Positions 42,255 to 50,938 are shown, numbered from the stretch's first letter. The stretch: DNA of 64,000 nucleotides from Myxococcota bacterium (GCA_965223415.1 OZ245002.1:5256757-5320756), one strand, 5' to 3'. Notes: generated by a model from the sequence alone, not told the origin. A program made the numbers and translations.

Positions 42255-43667
42255 ATGGATGAAACCCTACGCGATAGAGTAGGCCCCATGGGCGACGGCG
42301 ACTCCCTCGATCTGTTCCCGGACGAGCGCCGCGCGCCCGAGCCCGCCGCGCGGGAGGAGCGGGGCCAGCCGGCCCGGCCCCTGGCCGAACGCATGCGACC
42401 GCGGACCCTCGACGAGGTGGTCGGGCAAGAGGCCCTGCTCGCGCCGGGAGCGCCCCTGCGCACCCTGATCGAGCGGGGCGAGCTGCCGTCCCTCCTGCTG
42501 TGGGGGCCGCCGGGAACCGGCAAGACCACCCTGGCCCGCCTGCTGGCCCGGGGCCCGGAGACCGACTTCGTCGCCCTTTCGGCGGTGGTGGCCGGCCTGA
42601 AGGACGTGCGGGCGGTGGTCGCGGACGCCGAGCGCGGCCGGCGACTCGGCCGCCGCACGGTGCTCTTCCTCGACGAGATCCACCGCTTCAACCGGGCGCA
42701 GCAGGACGCGCTGCTCCCCCACGTCGAGGCGGGCACGATCACCCTGGTCGGTGCCACGACCGAGAACCCCTCCTTCGAGGTGATCGGCCCGCTGCTCTCC
42801 CGTACCCGCGTGTTCACCCTGCGCTCCCTCGAGGCGGGCGAGCTGGTCGATCTCCTGGAACGCGCGCTGGGCGACGAGGAGCGCGGCCTCGGCGGCAGGG
42901 GCGTGACCGCCGAGGCCGAGACGATCCGTGCCCTGGCGGACGCCGCCGGAGGCGATGCGCGACGGGCCCTGGGCATGCTGGAGACCGCCGTCGCCGTCCA
43001 CGTGGCGGCGGGGAACGAGGGCGCGCTCACGCCGGAAGCCGTCCGCGATGCGGTCGGTCGACGCATGCTCCTCCACGATCGGGATCGGGAGGAGCACTAC
43101 AACGTCGTCTCCGCCTTCATCAAGAGCCTCCGGGCCAGCGATCCGGATGCCTCCCTCTACTACCTGGCGCGCATGCTCGAGGGCGGCGACGACCCGCTCT
43201 TCCTGGCCCGTCGCCTGGTGATCTTCGCCTCCGAAGACGTGGGCAACGCCGATCCGGCTGCCCTGCCCCTGGCCCTGGCCGCGTATCAAACGCTCGAGCG
43301 CATCGGCCTGCCCGAGGGCCGACTCACCCTGGCCCAGGCGACCACCTACCTGGCGACCGCACCCAAGAGCAACGCCTCGACGCTCGCCCTCGCCCGAGCC
43401 GCCGAGGCCGTGCGCACCCACGGCAACGCCCCGGTCCCCCTGCACCTCCGGAACGCGCCCACGCCCTTCATGAAGGAGCAGGGCTACGGCGAGGGCTACC
43501 GCTACCCCCACGACGAGCCCGCCACCTTCGTCCCCGACCGCAACCTCCCGGACGCCGTCGGCGACGCCGAGTTCTACCAGCCGACCGACCGCGGCCACGA
43601 AGCCGCCATCGCCGAGCGCCTCACCCGCTGGCGCGCCCGCCGAACCCGACCCCGGGGACGTTCCTGA
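42255..43667 (+). CDS. rarA: Replication-associated recombination protein A (MgsA/RarA AAA+ ATPase)
   Basis: LLLWGPPGTGKTTLARLLA is Walker A and VLFLDEIHRFNRAQQDALLP is Walker B/sensor. The MgsA C-terminal region has HYNVVSAFIKSLRASDPDASLYYLARML. An alternative ATG lies at 42288. Confidence 0.92.
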   Translation: MDETLRDRVGPMGDGDSLDLFPDERRAPEPAAREERGQPARPLAERMRPRTLDEVVGQEALLAPGAPLRTLIERGELPSLLLWGPPGTGKTTLARLLARGPETDFVALSAVVAGLKDVRAVVADAERGRRLGRRTVLFLDEIHRFNRAQQDALLPHVEAGTITLVGATTENPSFEVIGPLLSRTRVFTLRSLEAGELVDLLERALGDEERGLGGRGVTAEAETIRALADAAGGDARRALGMLETAVAVHVAAGNEGALTPEAVRDAVGRRMLLHDRDREEHYNVVSAFIKSLRASDPDASLYYLARMLEGGDDPLFLARRLVIFASEDVGNADPAALPLALAAYQTLERIGLPEGRLTLAQATTYLATAPKSNASTLALARAAEAVRTHGNAPVPLHLRNAPTPFMKEQGYGEGYRYPHDEPATFVPDRNLPDAVGDAEFYQPTDRGHEAAIAERLTRWRARRTRPRGRS

Positions 43668-43712
43668 ACGCAACACCGGTGTGGCGTTCGGGACGTCCCG
43701 GGTGTTGTGTCT
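43666..43712 (+). terminator. Two adjacent hairpins plus a T-rich run between convergent rarA and the VOC gene (likely terminator region)
   Basis: GAACGCAACACC/GGTGTGGCGTTC (43666-43689) forms 10 bp with one mismatch. It is followed by the palindrome CGGGACGTCCCG (43689-43700) and then GGTGTTGTGTCT. Confidence 0.45.
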
Positions 43713-43724
43713 CCTGCGCCGCGA

Positions 43725-44084
43725 TCAGGCCGGGGCGTGGCAGACGACTTCGATGTTGTGTCCGTCGGGGTCGAGGACGAAGGCACCGTAGTAGCTCGGG
43801 TGGTACTGGGGGCGGAGGCCCGGGGCACCGTTGTCGCGGCCACCGGCGGCAATGGCGGCGGCGTGGAAGGCGTCGACGGTCGCCCGGTCCGCGGCCTGGA
43901 AGGCCACGTGGACCGGGGTCGGCGGCTCACCCACCTGGATCCAGAAGAACGGCCGATCGGAGCCGAGCCCGGCTGCCGGACCGAAGTCGGCGAGCACGGT
44001 GTAGCGGATGGGGGCGAGCGCCGCGGCGTAGAACGCCTTCGAACGCTCCATGTCCGTCACCTGGATTCCGATGTGATCGATCAT
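43725..44084 (-). CDS. VOC/glyoxalase-family protein (119 aa)
   Basis: The ATG at 44084 in listed ORF 43725..45071 gives MIDHIGIQVTDMERSKAFY...HVAFQA...YYGAFVLDPDGHNIEVVCH, the glyoxalase/bleomycin-resistance fold pattern. Confidence 0.85.
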   Translation of the reverse strand: MIDHIGIQVTDMERSKAFYAAALAPIRYTVLADFGPAAGLGSDRPFFWIQVGEPPTPVHVAFQAADRATVDAFHAAAIAAGGRDNGAPGLRPQYHPSYYGAFVLDPDGHNIEVVCHAPA

Positions 44085-44144
44085 GGGAACACGGTAGCCC
44101 GTCGCCGGGCGTTCGCCGGATCGCGCCCCGCGCGCCGGCAGCCG

Positions 44145-45125
44145 ATGAGCAGCCCCATGCAGGCGCTCGACCGGCGGCGCATCTTCGAGATCCTCGACCA
44201 GGCCCGAACCGGGGATCCGGTGAGCCGCGGCTGCGATCTGGCGTTGGTCTCGCTGATCGTCCTGAACGTCGCTGCGGCGATCGCGGAGTCGATCCCAGCG
44301 GTGGGCGTCCGCTACGCCGCTGCCTTCGCCGGCTTCGAGCTGCTCTCGGTGATGGTCTTCTCGGTCGAGTACGTGCTGCGCGTGACCACCATCGTCGACG
44401 GTCCGGACCCGCGCTTCCACCACCCGCTGAAGGGGCGGCTCCGCTATATGGCGACCCCCATCGCCGTGACGGACCTCCTCGCCTTCCTCCCGTTCTACCT
44501 GACGGCGATCGTCAACATCGACCTGCGCATGCTTCGGGTGTTGCGGCTCATCCGGATCTTCAAGCTCGGACACTACTTCTCGGCGCTCGGCATCGTCCTC
44601 GATGTGATCCGCATGGAACGCCGCGCCTTCGGCGCGGCCTACTTCCTCGTCGTGCTGGGCCTCCTGGCCGCCGCGAGCGGCATCTACGTCTTCGAGCACG
44701 ACGCCCAGCCCGAGGCCTTCGGCTCGATCCCTGCGGCCCTGTGGTGGGCCGTGGCCACCCTCACGACCGTCGGCTACGGCGACGTCACCCCGGTCACCCT
44801 CGGCGGGCGGGCCTTCGCGACCGCCGTGATGATGCTCGGCATCGGCGTCGTCGCGCTGCCCACGGGCATCTTCGCCTCCGGCTTCGCCCTCGAGCTCCGC
44901 AGTCGCCGCGACGAGTACGCCCGCGAGGTCCGGACGGCCATGGCCGACGGCATGATCGACAGCGAGGAACGCGCGCACCTCGAAGCGGTGCGGGAATCCC
45001 TCGCCCTGACCGAAGAGGCGATCCGTGGCCTCGAACCTCCGGAGCCCATCCCGCTCGCGACCTGCCCTCATTGCGGCGAGCTGCTGCTTGGACCGGCGAA
45101 GGACCCGACGCCTGGCGCTCCCTGA
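44145..45125 (+). CDS. Voltage-sensor-containing K+ channel (ion transport protein, 6TM type)
   Basis: The ATG at 44145 lies in listed ORF 43707..45125. The S4-like segment LRMLRVLRLIRIFKL has a basic residue every third position. The selectivity filter is TLTTVGYGDV. The cytoplasmic tail contains DGMIDSEERAHLEAVRESLALTEE and CPHCG. Confidence 0.85.
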   Translation: MSSPMQALDRRRIFEILDQARTGDPVSRGCDLALVSLIVLNVAAAIAESIPAVGVRYAAAFAGFELLSVMVFSVEYVLRVTTIVDGPDPRFHHPLKGRLRYMATPIAVTDLLAFLPFYLTAIVNIDLRMLRVLRLIRIFKLGHYFSALGIVLDVIRMERRAFGAAYFLVVLGLLAAASGIYVFEHDAQPEAFGSIPAALWWAVATLTTVGYGDVTPVTLGGRAFATAVMMLGIGVVALPTGIFASGFALELRSRRDEYAREVRTAMADGMIDSEERAHLEAVRESLALTEEAIRGLEPPEPIPLATCPHCGELLLGPAKDPTPGAP

Positions 45126-45131
45126 CCCGCG

Positions 45132-46829
45132 CTAGCCGAAGATCTTCGCGAACGCCTGGTGCTGGGGCACGGTCCCGAGCATGACCATCTCCGCCCCTCG
45201 CAACAGCTCCGTATCGGCGGGCGGGTTCGTGACCGACCCGCCCCCCGCACGGAGGGCGATCACGTTGAGGCCCGTCCGGGCGCCGATGCCGCTCTCCGCG
45301 AGGGTCTTGCCCTCCAACGCTTCGGGCACGCCCTCGACGAAGAGATCCGCACCCTCGCCCAGCACCACGAGCTCGCTCGCCTGGACCACCGAGAGCACGG
45401 ACTTCGCCGCGAGGGAGCCATGGCTCAGCGCGAAATCCGCGCCGGCCCGGTGGATCGCCTCCAGGTTCCACTCCTCGCTCACCCGGCACACGATACGGGC
45501 GTCCGGGTTCAGCCGCCGGCAGTAGACGGCCAGGAAGACGTTCGTCGCGTCGTCGTTGGTGGTGAGCACGACCGAGGGCGTCTCGGGAAGCCCGGCCTGG
45601 GTCACCACGGCGAGGTCCGCCGCGTCACCGACCACCACCCTGTCCGCCACCTCCTCGAGGCCGTGGGCCATGGCCGGATCCTTCTCCAGGATCGTGACCT
45701 TGACGTCCCGGCGCTGAAGCGCCCGTGCCGCGGCGCCGCCGACGTTTCCCCCGCCGATCACGAGCACCGGATTCTCGTTGGCCCGGTAGATGACGAAGAG
45801 CGCGTCGAGCTCGGTGACCTGCTCCTCGGTTCCCACCACCACCGGCACGCTGTGGGGTGAGAGCACGGTGTCCGGGCCGGCCGGCACCAGCTCCCCCCGC
45901 TCCCAGACGGCGACGATGCTGAGACCGGTCAGCTCCCGAAGCCGGGTGTCGCGGATCGTTCGGCCGGGGAGCGAGGTGTTCTCGATCGGGAACTCGGCGA
46001 TCACCAGGTCTTCGAAGCGGCCGATGCGATGGGCATGGGGAGTGCCGACGGTGACCCGGCTCGCCAGGTGCTCGCCGAGCTCGTGCTTGAGCGGGAGCAC
46101 CTGGTTGACACCGCTCAGCTCGAGCACGTCGATGGAGTTCTCGTCCTCGGCGAGCGCGAGGATCGGCACCTCCGGCGCCACCTCCCGAACGGTGAGCGCG
46201 ATGTTGCTGTTCGCGGCATCGCCCAGGTTGGCGAAGACCAGGCGGGCCCGCGCTGCCGCCACGGCCTCGTAGGTGGCCCTGGCGGAGTACTCCCCGGTCA
46301 CCACCGACACGCCGTCGCCGTGAAGGGTGGCAGCGACCGAGGGATCGGGCTCCACCACGCAGTAGGGAATCGCGTACTCCTCGAGCCTGGGAAGCAGCCC
46401 GGCCGCCAGCTCGTCGTGGCGACAGATGACCACGTGATCGCGCATGTCCTCGGGGACCGCACGGGGCGCCTGCAGCCTCACCTGGGCTTCGAGCCAGGGT
46501 GCGTAGAAGAAGCGGATGAAGACGAAGGGCAGCACGATCAGCAGCATGACGATGCCCGAGAGCAGCACCACGATGCTGAAGCCCCGGCCGAGGTCGCTGT
46601 GGAAGGTGATGTCGCCGAAGCCCAGGGTGCTCATCACCGTGAGCGTCCAGTAGAAGCCGGTGAGCCAGGAGTGCTCCTGCCCCTCCGCCAGCATGATCAC
46701 GTGGAACAGCACCGAGAATGCGGCGACGGTGGTGCCCAGCAAGACCAGGTACTTGAGCAGCGCACTCATGTTGCGCCGCATCTCGCGCTCGCCGAGCAGA
46801 TAGGTCAGCTGCGAAGGGAGGAACTTCAT
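45132..46829 (-). CDS. Two-TM K+ channel fused to tandem RCK/TrkA domains
   Basis: The pore region is FYWTLTVMSTLGFGDIT. Two Rossmann-like RCK N-domains (HVVICRHDELAAGL, PVLVIGGGNVGGAAARAL) each precede a TrkA-C-like segment. Confidence 0.88.
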   Translation of the reverse strand: MKFLPSQLTYLLGEREMRRNMSALLKYLVLLGTTVAAFSVLFHVIMLAEGQEHSWLTGFYWTLTVMSTLGFGDITFHSDLGRGFSIVVLLSGIVMLLIVLPFVFIRFFYAPWLEAQVRLQAPRAVPEDMRDHVVICRHDELAAGLLPRLEEYAIPYCVVEPDPSVAATLHGDGVSVVTGEYSARATYEAVAAARARLVFANLGDAANSNIALTVREVAPEVPILALAEDENSIDVLELSGVNQVLPLKHELGEHLASRVTVGTPHAHRIGRFEDLVIAEFPIENTSLPGRTIRDTRLRELTGLSIVAVWERGELVPAGPDTVLSPHSVPVVVGTEEQVTELDALFVIYRANENPVLVIGGGNVGGAAARALQRRDVKVTILEKDPAMAHGLEEVADRVVVGDAADLAVVTQAGLPETPSVVLTTNDDATNVFLAVYCRRLNPDARIVCRVSEEWNLEAIHRAGADFALSHGSLAAKSVLSVVQASELVVLGEGADLFVEGVPEALEGKTLAESGIGARTGLNVIALRAGGGSVTNPPADTELLRGAEMVMLGTVPQHQAFAKIFG

Positions 46830-46869
46830 GACGGTCCCGCGGGGAGGCTACCGGTCCGGTGGGCTCCCG

Positions 46870-47493
46870 TCAGAGGCCGGCGCCGCCCTTCTGGCGGAGG
46901 ATCTCTGCCTCCACCTCCGGGAGCCGATCCTTGCCGAAGTAGAGCTCCTCGCCTACGAAGAAGCTGGGCGAGCCGAAGACGCCCCGGTCGACCGCCGCCT
47001 GCGTGTTGGCCAACAGCTCCGCCTTCACGTCCGGGTCGCGGACGCCCTGGAGGATCGCCTGCGCGGGCAGTCCGGATTCGGCCAGCGCCGCTGCGATCAC
47101 TTCCGGATCGTCCATCTTCTTGGGCTCCGCCCACATGTGGCGGTAGACCTCCTTCACGTAGCGCTCGAAGCAGCCCTCGCGGCCGGCGACGATGGCCCCG
47201 CGCATGATCTGGAGGGTGTTCACCGGAAAGAAGGGGTTCGGGCTGAAGGTGGTGATGCCGTGGGCGGCCAGGAAGCGCTTCGTCTCGAGGGCCTGGTAGG
47301 CGGGCTTGTTCTTGATGCCCTGGAGCGAAACCGCGGGCGACACGTTGTTCGTCGCCTTGAACACGCCCCCGAGCAGGATCGGGACGTAGCGGAAGGTCTC
47401 CCCAGTCCGCTTCTCGATCCCGGGGATGACGAGATGGCTCAAGTAGGCATTGGGGCTACCGAAGTCGAAGTGGAACTCGATCGCGACGCTCAT
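46870..47493 (-). CDS. 2-hydroxychromene-2-carboxylate isomerase-like (DsbA-fold) protein
   Basis: MSVAIEFHFDFGSPNAYL...GVFGSPSFFVGEELYFGKDRL is the typical HCCA isomerase / DsbA-like thioredoxin-fold pattern. Confidence 0.85.
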   Translation of the reverse strand: MSVAIEFHFDFGSPNAYLSHLVIPGIEKRTGETFRYVPILLGGVFKATNNVSPAVSLQGIKNKPAYQALETKRFLAAHGITTFSPNPFFPVNTLQIMRGAIVAGREGCFERYVKEVYRHMWAEPKKMDDPEVIAAALAESGLPAQAILQGVRDPDVKAELLANTQAAVDRGVFGSPSFFVGEELYFGKDRLPEVEAEILRQKGGAGL

Positions 47494-47503
47494 GGGATCC
47501 CCG

Positions 47504-48739
47504 CTAGGCCGCGATGCGGTAGCGCACCGGTAGGTGCTTCAAGCCGACCACGAAGCTGGACTTGATCCACTCGGGCTCCCGGACGAGCTCCCAGCCCTCG
47601 ACCCGGCGTACCACTTCTCGGAGGATCGCCGACAAGGAGCGCCGGGCGAAGTGGGAGCCCATGCAGAAGTGCTCGCCGTGACCGAAGGCGACGTGGGGAT
47701 TGGGTTTGCGCTCGATGTCGAAGCGGAAGGGATCGTCGAAGACGTCCTCGTCGCGGTTGGCCGAGGCGTAGAGCATCACCACGGCCTCTCCCTTCGGGAT
47801 GGTCACGCCGTTCACCACCACGTCCTCGGTGGGCGTCCGCTTCATGTAGTTCACGGGCGAGGTCCAGCGCAGGATCTCCTCGACCGCGGAGGGCACGAGG
47901 GAGGGATCGCGGCGCAGCTTCTCGAACTGCTCCGGGTGCTCCACGAGGGCGCGCATGCCGCCGGCGAGCGCGTTCTTGGTCGTGTCGTGGCCGGCGCTGA
48001 AGACGATCAGGTAGTAGCCGAGGGTCTCGCTCGGTCCCATCGGCTGCCCGTCGATCCGGGCGTTGGCGAGGACGCTGGCCAGGTCGTCCCGGGGATGGGC
48101 GCGGCGATCCTGGATGATCGGAAGGAACAGCTCGAGGAACTCCTTGCCGAGCTGGGCGAAGTCCTCGATCTGGTTGCCGCCGCCGAGCTCCTCGTCGTCG
48201 GGAGCGAATAGACGATTGGTCAGCTCGAGGATCTTCCCCTCCTGGTCCTCGGGGACGCCGAGGGCGGTCGCCAGGATGCGCAGCGGATGCTTGACCGCGA
48301 CCTCGGTCACGAGGTCCGCCTCGCCGTCCGCGTTCTGCGCCAGGGCATCGACCAGCCGGCGGGCACTGGCGTCCACGGCGGCGTCGATCCGCCTCAGGGC
48401 CCGGGGCGTGAACCAGGGGCTCGCCACCTTGCGCACCTTGCGATGCTCCGGGGGGTCCATGGTGATCACGACCCGCATGCTGCTGAAGCCAGGGACGTCC
48501 TGCCCCACCCTCTCGGCCGGGGCCAGGGTGATCCCGGGCTCGCTCAGGAAGCGGTCCGGCCGCTTCGAGATGGAGGTGAGGTCCGCGTGCTTGGTGATGG
48601 CCCAGAACGGCTCCACCCGATCGATCTCCCAGCGCGACACCGGCGACCGCCGGCGCAGCTTCGTGAAGAGCTCGTGGGGCGGACCGCCCCGCGCGTAGAG
48701 TGCGGGGTCGAGCAGCTGGAGTCCTTCGTTCTCGGCCAT
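47504..48739 (-). CDS. Cytochrome P450
   Basis: The heme-binding loop is FGHGEHFCMGSHFAR (FxxGxHxCxG). The I-helix has FSAGHDTT and the ExxR motif is VEEILRW. The ATG at 48739 is preceded by GGGAGAAGAAGGA. Confidence 0.93.
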   Translation of the reverse strand: MAENEGLQLLDPALYARGGPPHELFTKLRRRSPVSRWEIDRVEPFWAITKHADLTSISKRPDRFLSEPGITLAPAERVGQDVPGFSSMRVVITMDPPEHRKVRKVASPWFTPRALRRIDAAVDASARRLVDALAQNADGEADLVTEVAVKHPLRILATALGVPEDQEGKILELTNRLFAPDDEELGGGNQIEDFAQLGKEFLELFLPIIQDRRAHPRDDLASVLANARIDGQPMGPSETLGYYLIVFSAGHDTTKNALAGGMRALVEHPEQFEKLRRDPSLVPSAVEEILRWTSPVNYMKRTPTEDVVVNGVTIPKGEAVVMLYASANRDEDVFDDPFRFDIERKPNPHVAFGHGEHFCMGSHFARRSLSAILREVVRRVEGWELVREPEWIKSSFVVGLKHLPVRYRIAA

Positions 48740-49031
48740 GATCCTTCTTCTCCCTCTCGGCGCGCGCGGTTTGCAGCAGATTCTTCGGCACCGGCTTGCC
48801 CCGCCGCGGGACCGGGTGCTGCTCGTACTCGAAGGTCAAGTCGAGCCACTTCCCCTCCCAGAAGTCGATGCGCTCGCGCATCGGCTTGTAGAGGTACATG
48901 CGATGGCCCACGAGGCGGGTCTCCCAGTATTCGAACTCGTCCTGCTCGCGACGGTCGAAGAGCTGGACATGGAACGGGATGCCCTCGATGGTCACCCTCA
49001 CCGGGATCCGGCCCCGCTTCTTCTGGCCCAC
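48738..49031 (-). CDS. Coding-looking 98-codon ORF of unknown function with no in-frame stop before the P450 gene
   Basis: This is the N-terminal part of listed ORF 47490..49031: (M)GQKKRGRIPVRVTIEGIPFHVQLFDRREQDEFEYWETRLVGHRMYLYKPMRERIDFWEGKWLDLTFEYEQHPVPRRGKPVPKNLLQTARAEREKKDH. About 9 of 10 third positions are G/C up to the P450 ATG. After that point the bias is lost. Confidence 0.45.
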
Positions 49032-49081
49032 GTCGGGGTAGGCTAGCCTGCTTTCTCCATCGGGTAGAGAGGAGATCGGAC

Positions 49082-49636
49082 ATGAGCGACGAGCTCGGGC
49101 CGCTGACCGGCCTGGCCGGCATCTGGGAGGGAGACAAGGGAACCGACCAGGCCCCGGACGACGACCGCGTCAGCACGGAGACGAACCGCTACCGGGAGCG
49201 CATCACCTTCGAGCCGACGGGGCTCGTGGAGAACCACGAACAGAAGCTCCAGGGCCTCCGCTACACCACCACGGCCTGGCGGATCGGGGAGGAGGAGCCC
49301 TTCCACGAGGAGCTCGGCTACTGGCTGTGGGACGCCGAGGCGAAGCAGGTACTGCGCTGCTTCATGGTGCCCCGGGGCGTCACCGTGATCGCCGGCGGGA
49401 CGGCCGAAGCCGATGCCCGCAACTTCGACCTGGCCGCGGAGGTGGGCTCGGAGACCTACGGCATCTGCTCCAACCGCTTCCTCGATCGCGAGTTCAAGAC
49501 CGTGCGTTACGAGCTGCATCTCGAGAAGCGCGACGCCGACACGATCCACTACCGGGAGGACACCGTCCTGCAGATCCGCGGGAAGGACGAGCCGTTCCAC
49601 CACACCGACGAGAACACGCTCACCCGGGTCGGCTAG
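49082..49636 (+). CDS. Nitrobindin-like heme-binding beta-barrel (FABP/THAP4-type, DUF1794) protein
   Basis: The ATG at 49082 is preceded by GAGAGGAG, in the frame of listed ORF 48287..49636. LGPLTGLAGIWEGDKGTD...YRERITFEP...LQGLRYTTTAWR...FHEELGYWLWD is the pattern of the UPF0678/nitrobindin family. Confidence 0.8.
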   Translation: MSDELGPLTGLAGIWEGDKGTDQAPDDDRVSTETNRYRERITFEPTGLVENHEQKLQGLRYTTTAWRIGEEEPFHEELGYWLWDAEAKQVLRCFMVPRGVTVIAGGTAEADARNFDLAAEVGSETYGICSNRFLDREFKTVRYELHLEKRDADTIHYREDTVLQIRGKDEPFHHTDENTLTRVG

Positions 49637-49639
49637 GCC

Positions 49640-49663
49640 CTAGCAGGCTGCGGAAAAACCCCG
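49640..49663 (+). repeat. IS left inverted repeat (including the possible CTAG target duplication)
   Basis: CTAGCAGGCTGCGGAAAAACCCCG compared with the reverse complement of the right end, CTAGCAGGCTGCGGAAGAACGCCG (22/24). Confidence 0.9.
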
Positions 49664-49703
49664 TGCGACGGGTCGAATCGGTTGGTACAGGCATACCGGG
49701 GGG

Positions 49704-50792
49704 ATGGAGATGCGCGGAACCGATCGAACGCAGTCCACGATGTTCAGCTACGTGTCGCCGGAGGCGCGTGTCCCCGCCGATCATCCACTGCGCGTGACGC
49801 GGGAGATGACGAATCGCGCCCTGGTCCGGCTGGACGGGAGGTTGCGGAAGCTGTACTCGCGGACGGGTCGGCCGTCGATTCCGCCCGAGCACCTGTTGCG
49901 GGCCCTGCTGCTGCAGGTGCTCTACTCGGTGCGAAGCGAGCGGATGCTGATGGAGCAGCTCGAGTACAACCTGCTGTTCCGCTGGTTCGTGGGGCTCGAG
50001 ATGGACGACCGGGTCTGGGACGTGACGGTGTTCACGAAGAATCGGGATCGGTTGCTTCGGGGAGAGATCGCGGAGGGGTTCTTTCAGGCCGTGTTGGCGG
50101 AGGCCCGCGAGGAGGGGCTTCTGTCGGACGAGCACTTCACGGTGGACGGCACGCTGATCGAGGCATGGGCGGGGCAGAAGAGCTTTCGGCCGAAGGACGA
50201 GGACCGGGGCGGCCGCGGGGGTGGACGGAAGGCGACGGAGCGGGACTTCCACGGTGAGCGTAGGAAGAACGACACGCACGCCTCGACGACGGACCCGGAG
50301 TCCCGGCTCTACCGCAAGGGGAAGGGGAAGGAAGCGAAGCTGTGCTTCATGGGCCACGTGGTGACGGAGAACCGGCATGGCCTGGTGGTGGCGGCCAAGA
50401 CGACGCTGGCCACGGGCACGGCGGAGCGCGAGGCCTCGGTGGCGATGGTGAAGCGGGTGCCACGCGGACGGCGATCGACGTTGGGCGGAGACAAGGGCTA
50501 CGACACGGTGTCGCATGTCGAAGAGCTTCGAGAGCTGGGCGTGACCCCGCACGTTGCGCAGAACGACAAGGGCCGCCGCAGCGCGATCGATGATCGAACG
50601 ACGACGCACGTGGGCTACGAGATCAGCCAGCGCAAACGCAAGGCGATCGAGCAGGTCTTCGGCTGGGGGAAGACGGTAGGCCCGATTCGCAAGGTGAAGC
50701 ATCGCGGCAAGGAGCGGGTGGGCTGGATGTTCACGTTCACCCAGGCGGCCTACAACCTTGTGAGGATGAGGAACCTGCTATGCCCCACGTAG
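49704..50792 (+). CDS. IS5-family DDE transposase
   Basis: The InsH-like N-terminal domain has RPSIPPEHLLRALLLQVLYSVRSERMLMEQLEYNLLFRWFVGL. The DDE domain has TVDGTLIEAWA..., DKGYDT... and a C-terminal KHRGKERVGWMFTFTQAAYNLVRM. Confidence 0.92.
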   Translation: MEMRGTDRTQSTMFSYVSPEARVPADHPLRVTREMTNRALVRLDGRLRKLYSRTGRPSIPPEHLLRALLLQVLYSVRSERMLMEQLEYNLLFRWFVGLEMDDRVWDVTVFTKNRDRLLRGEIAEGFFQAVLAEAREEGLLSDEHFTVDGTLIEAWAGQKSFRPKDEDRGGRGGGRKATERDFHGERRKNDTHASTTDPESRLYRKGKGKEAKLCFMGHVVTENRHGLVVAAKTTLATGTAEREASVAMVKRVPRGRRSTLGGDKGYDTVSHVEELRELGVTPHVAQNDKGRRSAIDDRTTTHVGYEISQRKRKAIEQVFGWGKTVGPIRKVKHRGKERVGWMFTFTQAAYNLVRMRNLLCPT

Positions 50793-50914
50793 CTTGTCGG
50801 GTCGAGTGGAGGGCCCCGTTGGCAGCGAGCCGGGCGTCAACCGGCGGCAAGGCCTCGATTCCGCGCTCCTTTCCTAGCCAAAGCGCCTCCAAGGCACCGT
50901 TCTCTGCGTACCAT

Positions 50915-50938
50915 CGGCGTTCTTCCGCAGCCTGCTAG
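50915..50938 (-). repeat. IS right inverted repeat (including the possible CTAG target duplication)
   Basis: See the left repeat. The final CTA of this repeat also serves as the TAG stop (complement) of the LLM oxidoreductase gene. Confidence 0.9.

Larger units (their letters stand above)
49640..50938 (+). mobile_element. Intact IS5-family insertion sequence (about 1.3 kb, single transposase ORF, terminal IRs, probable 4-bp CTAG target duplication)
   Basis: The terminal inverted repeats are CTAGCAGGCTGCGGAA (49640-49655) and its exact complement at 50923-50938, extendable to 22/24 nt. CTAG is palindromic, so the outer 4 nt may be a YTAR-type target-site duplication. There is one uninterrupted 362-aa DDE transposase. 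Confidence 0.9.

Noticed and set aside
45126-45131. A possible terminator between the convergent K+ channel genes.
   Set aside because: Only 6 nt separate the stop codons and no stem-loop spans the junction. Any terminators must lie inside the opposing coding regions, and I could not identify them confidently.
49040-49060. CTAGCCTGCT near the nitrobindin-like gene promoter shares an 8-mer (AGCCTGCT) with the right end of the IS. I considered it a possible solo IR or second insertion scar.
   Set aside because: Only 8 nt match, the adjacent bases diverge, and there is no partner repeat or target duplication. This is most likely chance.
49620-50702. A 360-aa minus-strand ORF antisense to the transposase.
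   Set aside because: It is the mirror frame of a transposase gene with clear DDE/InsH motifs, and its translation is Arg/Pro/Leu/His-rich without motifs.
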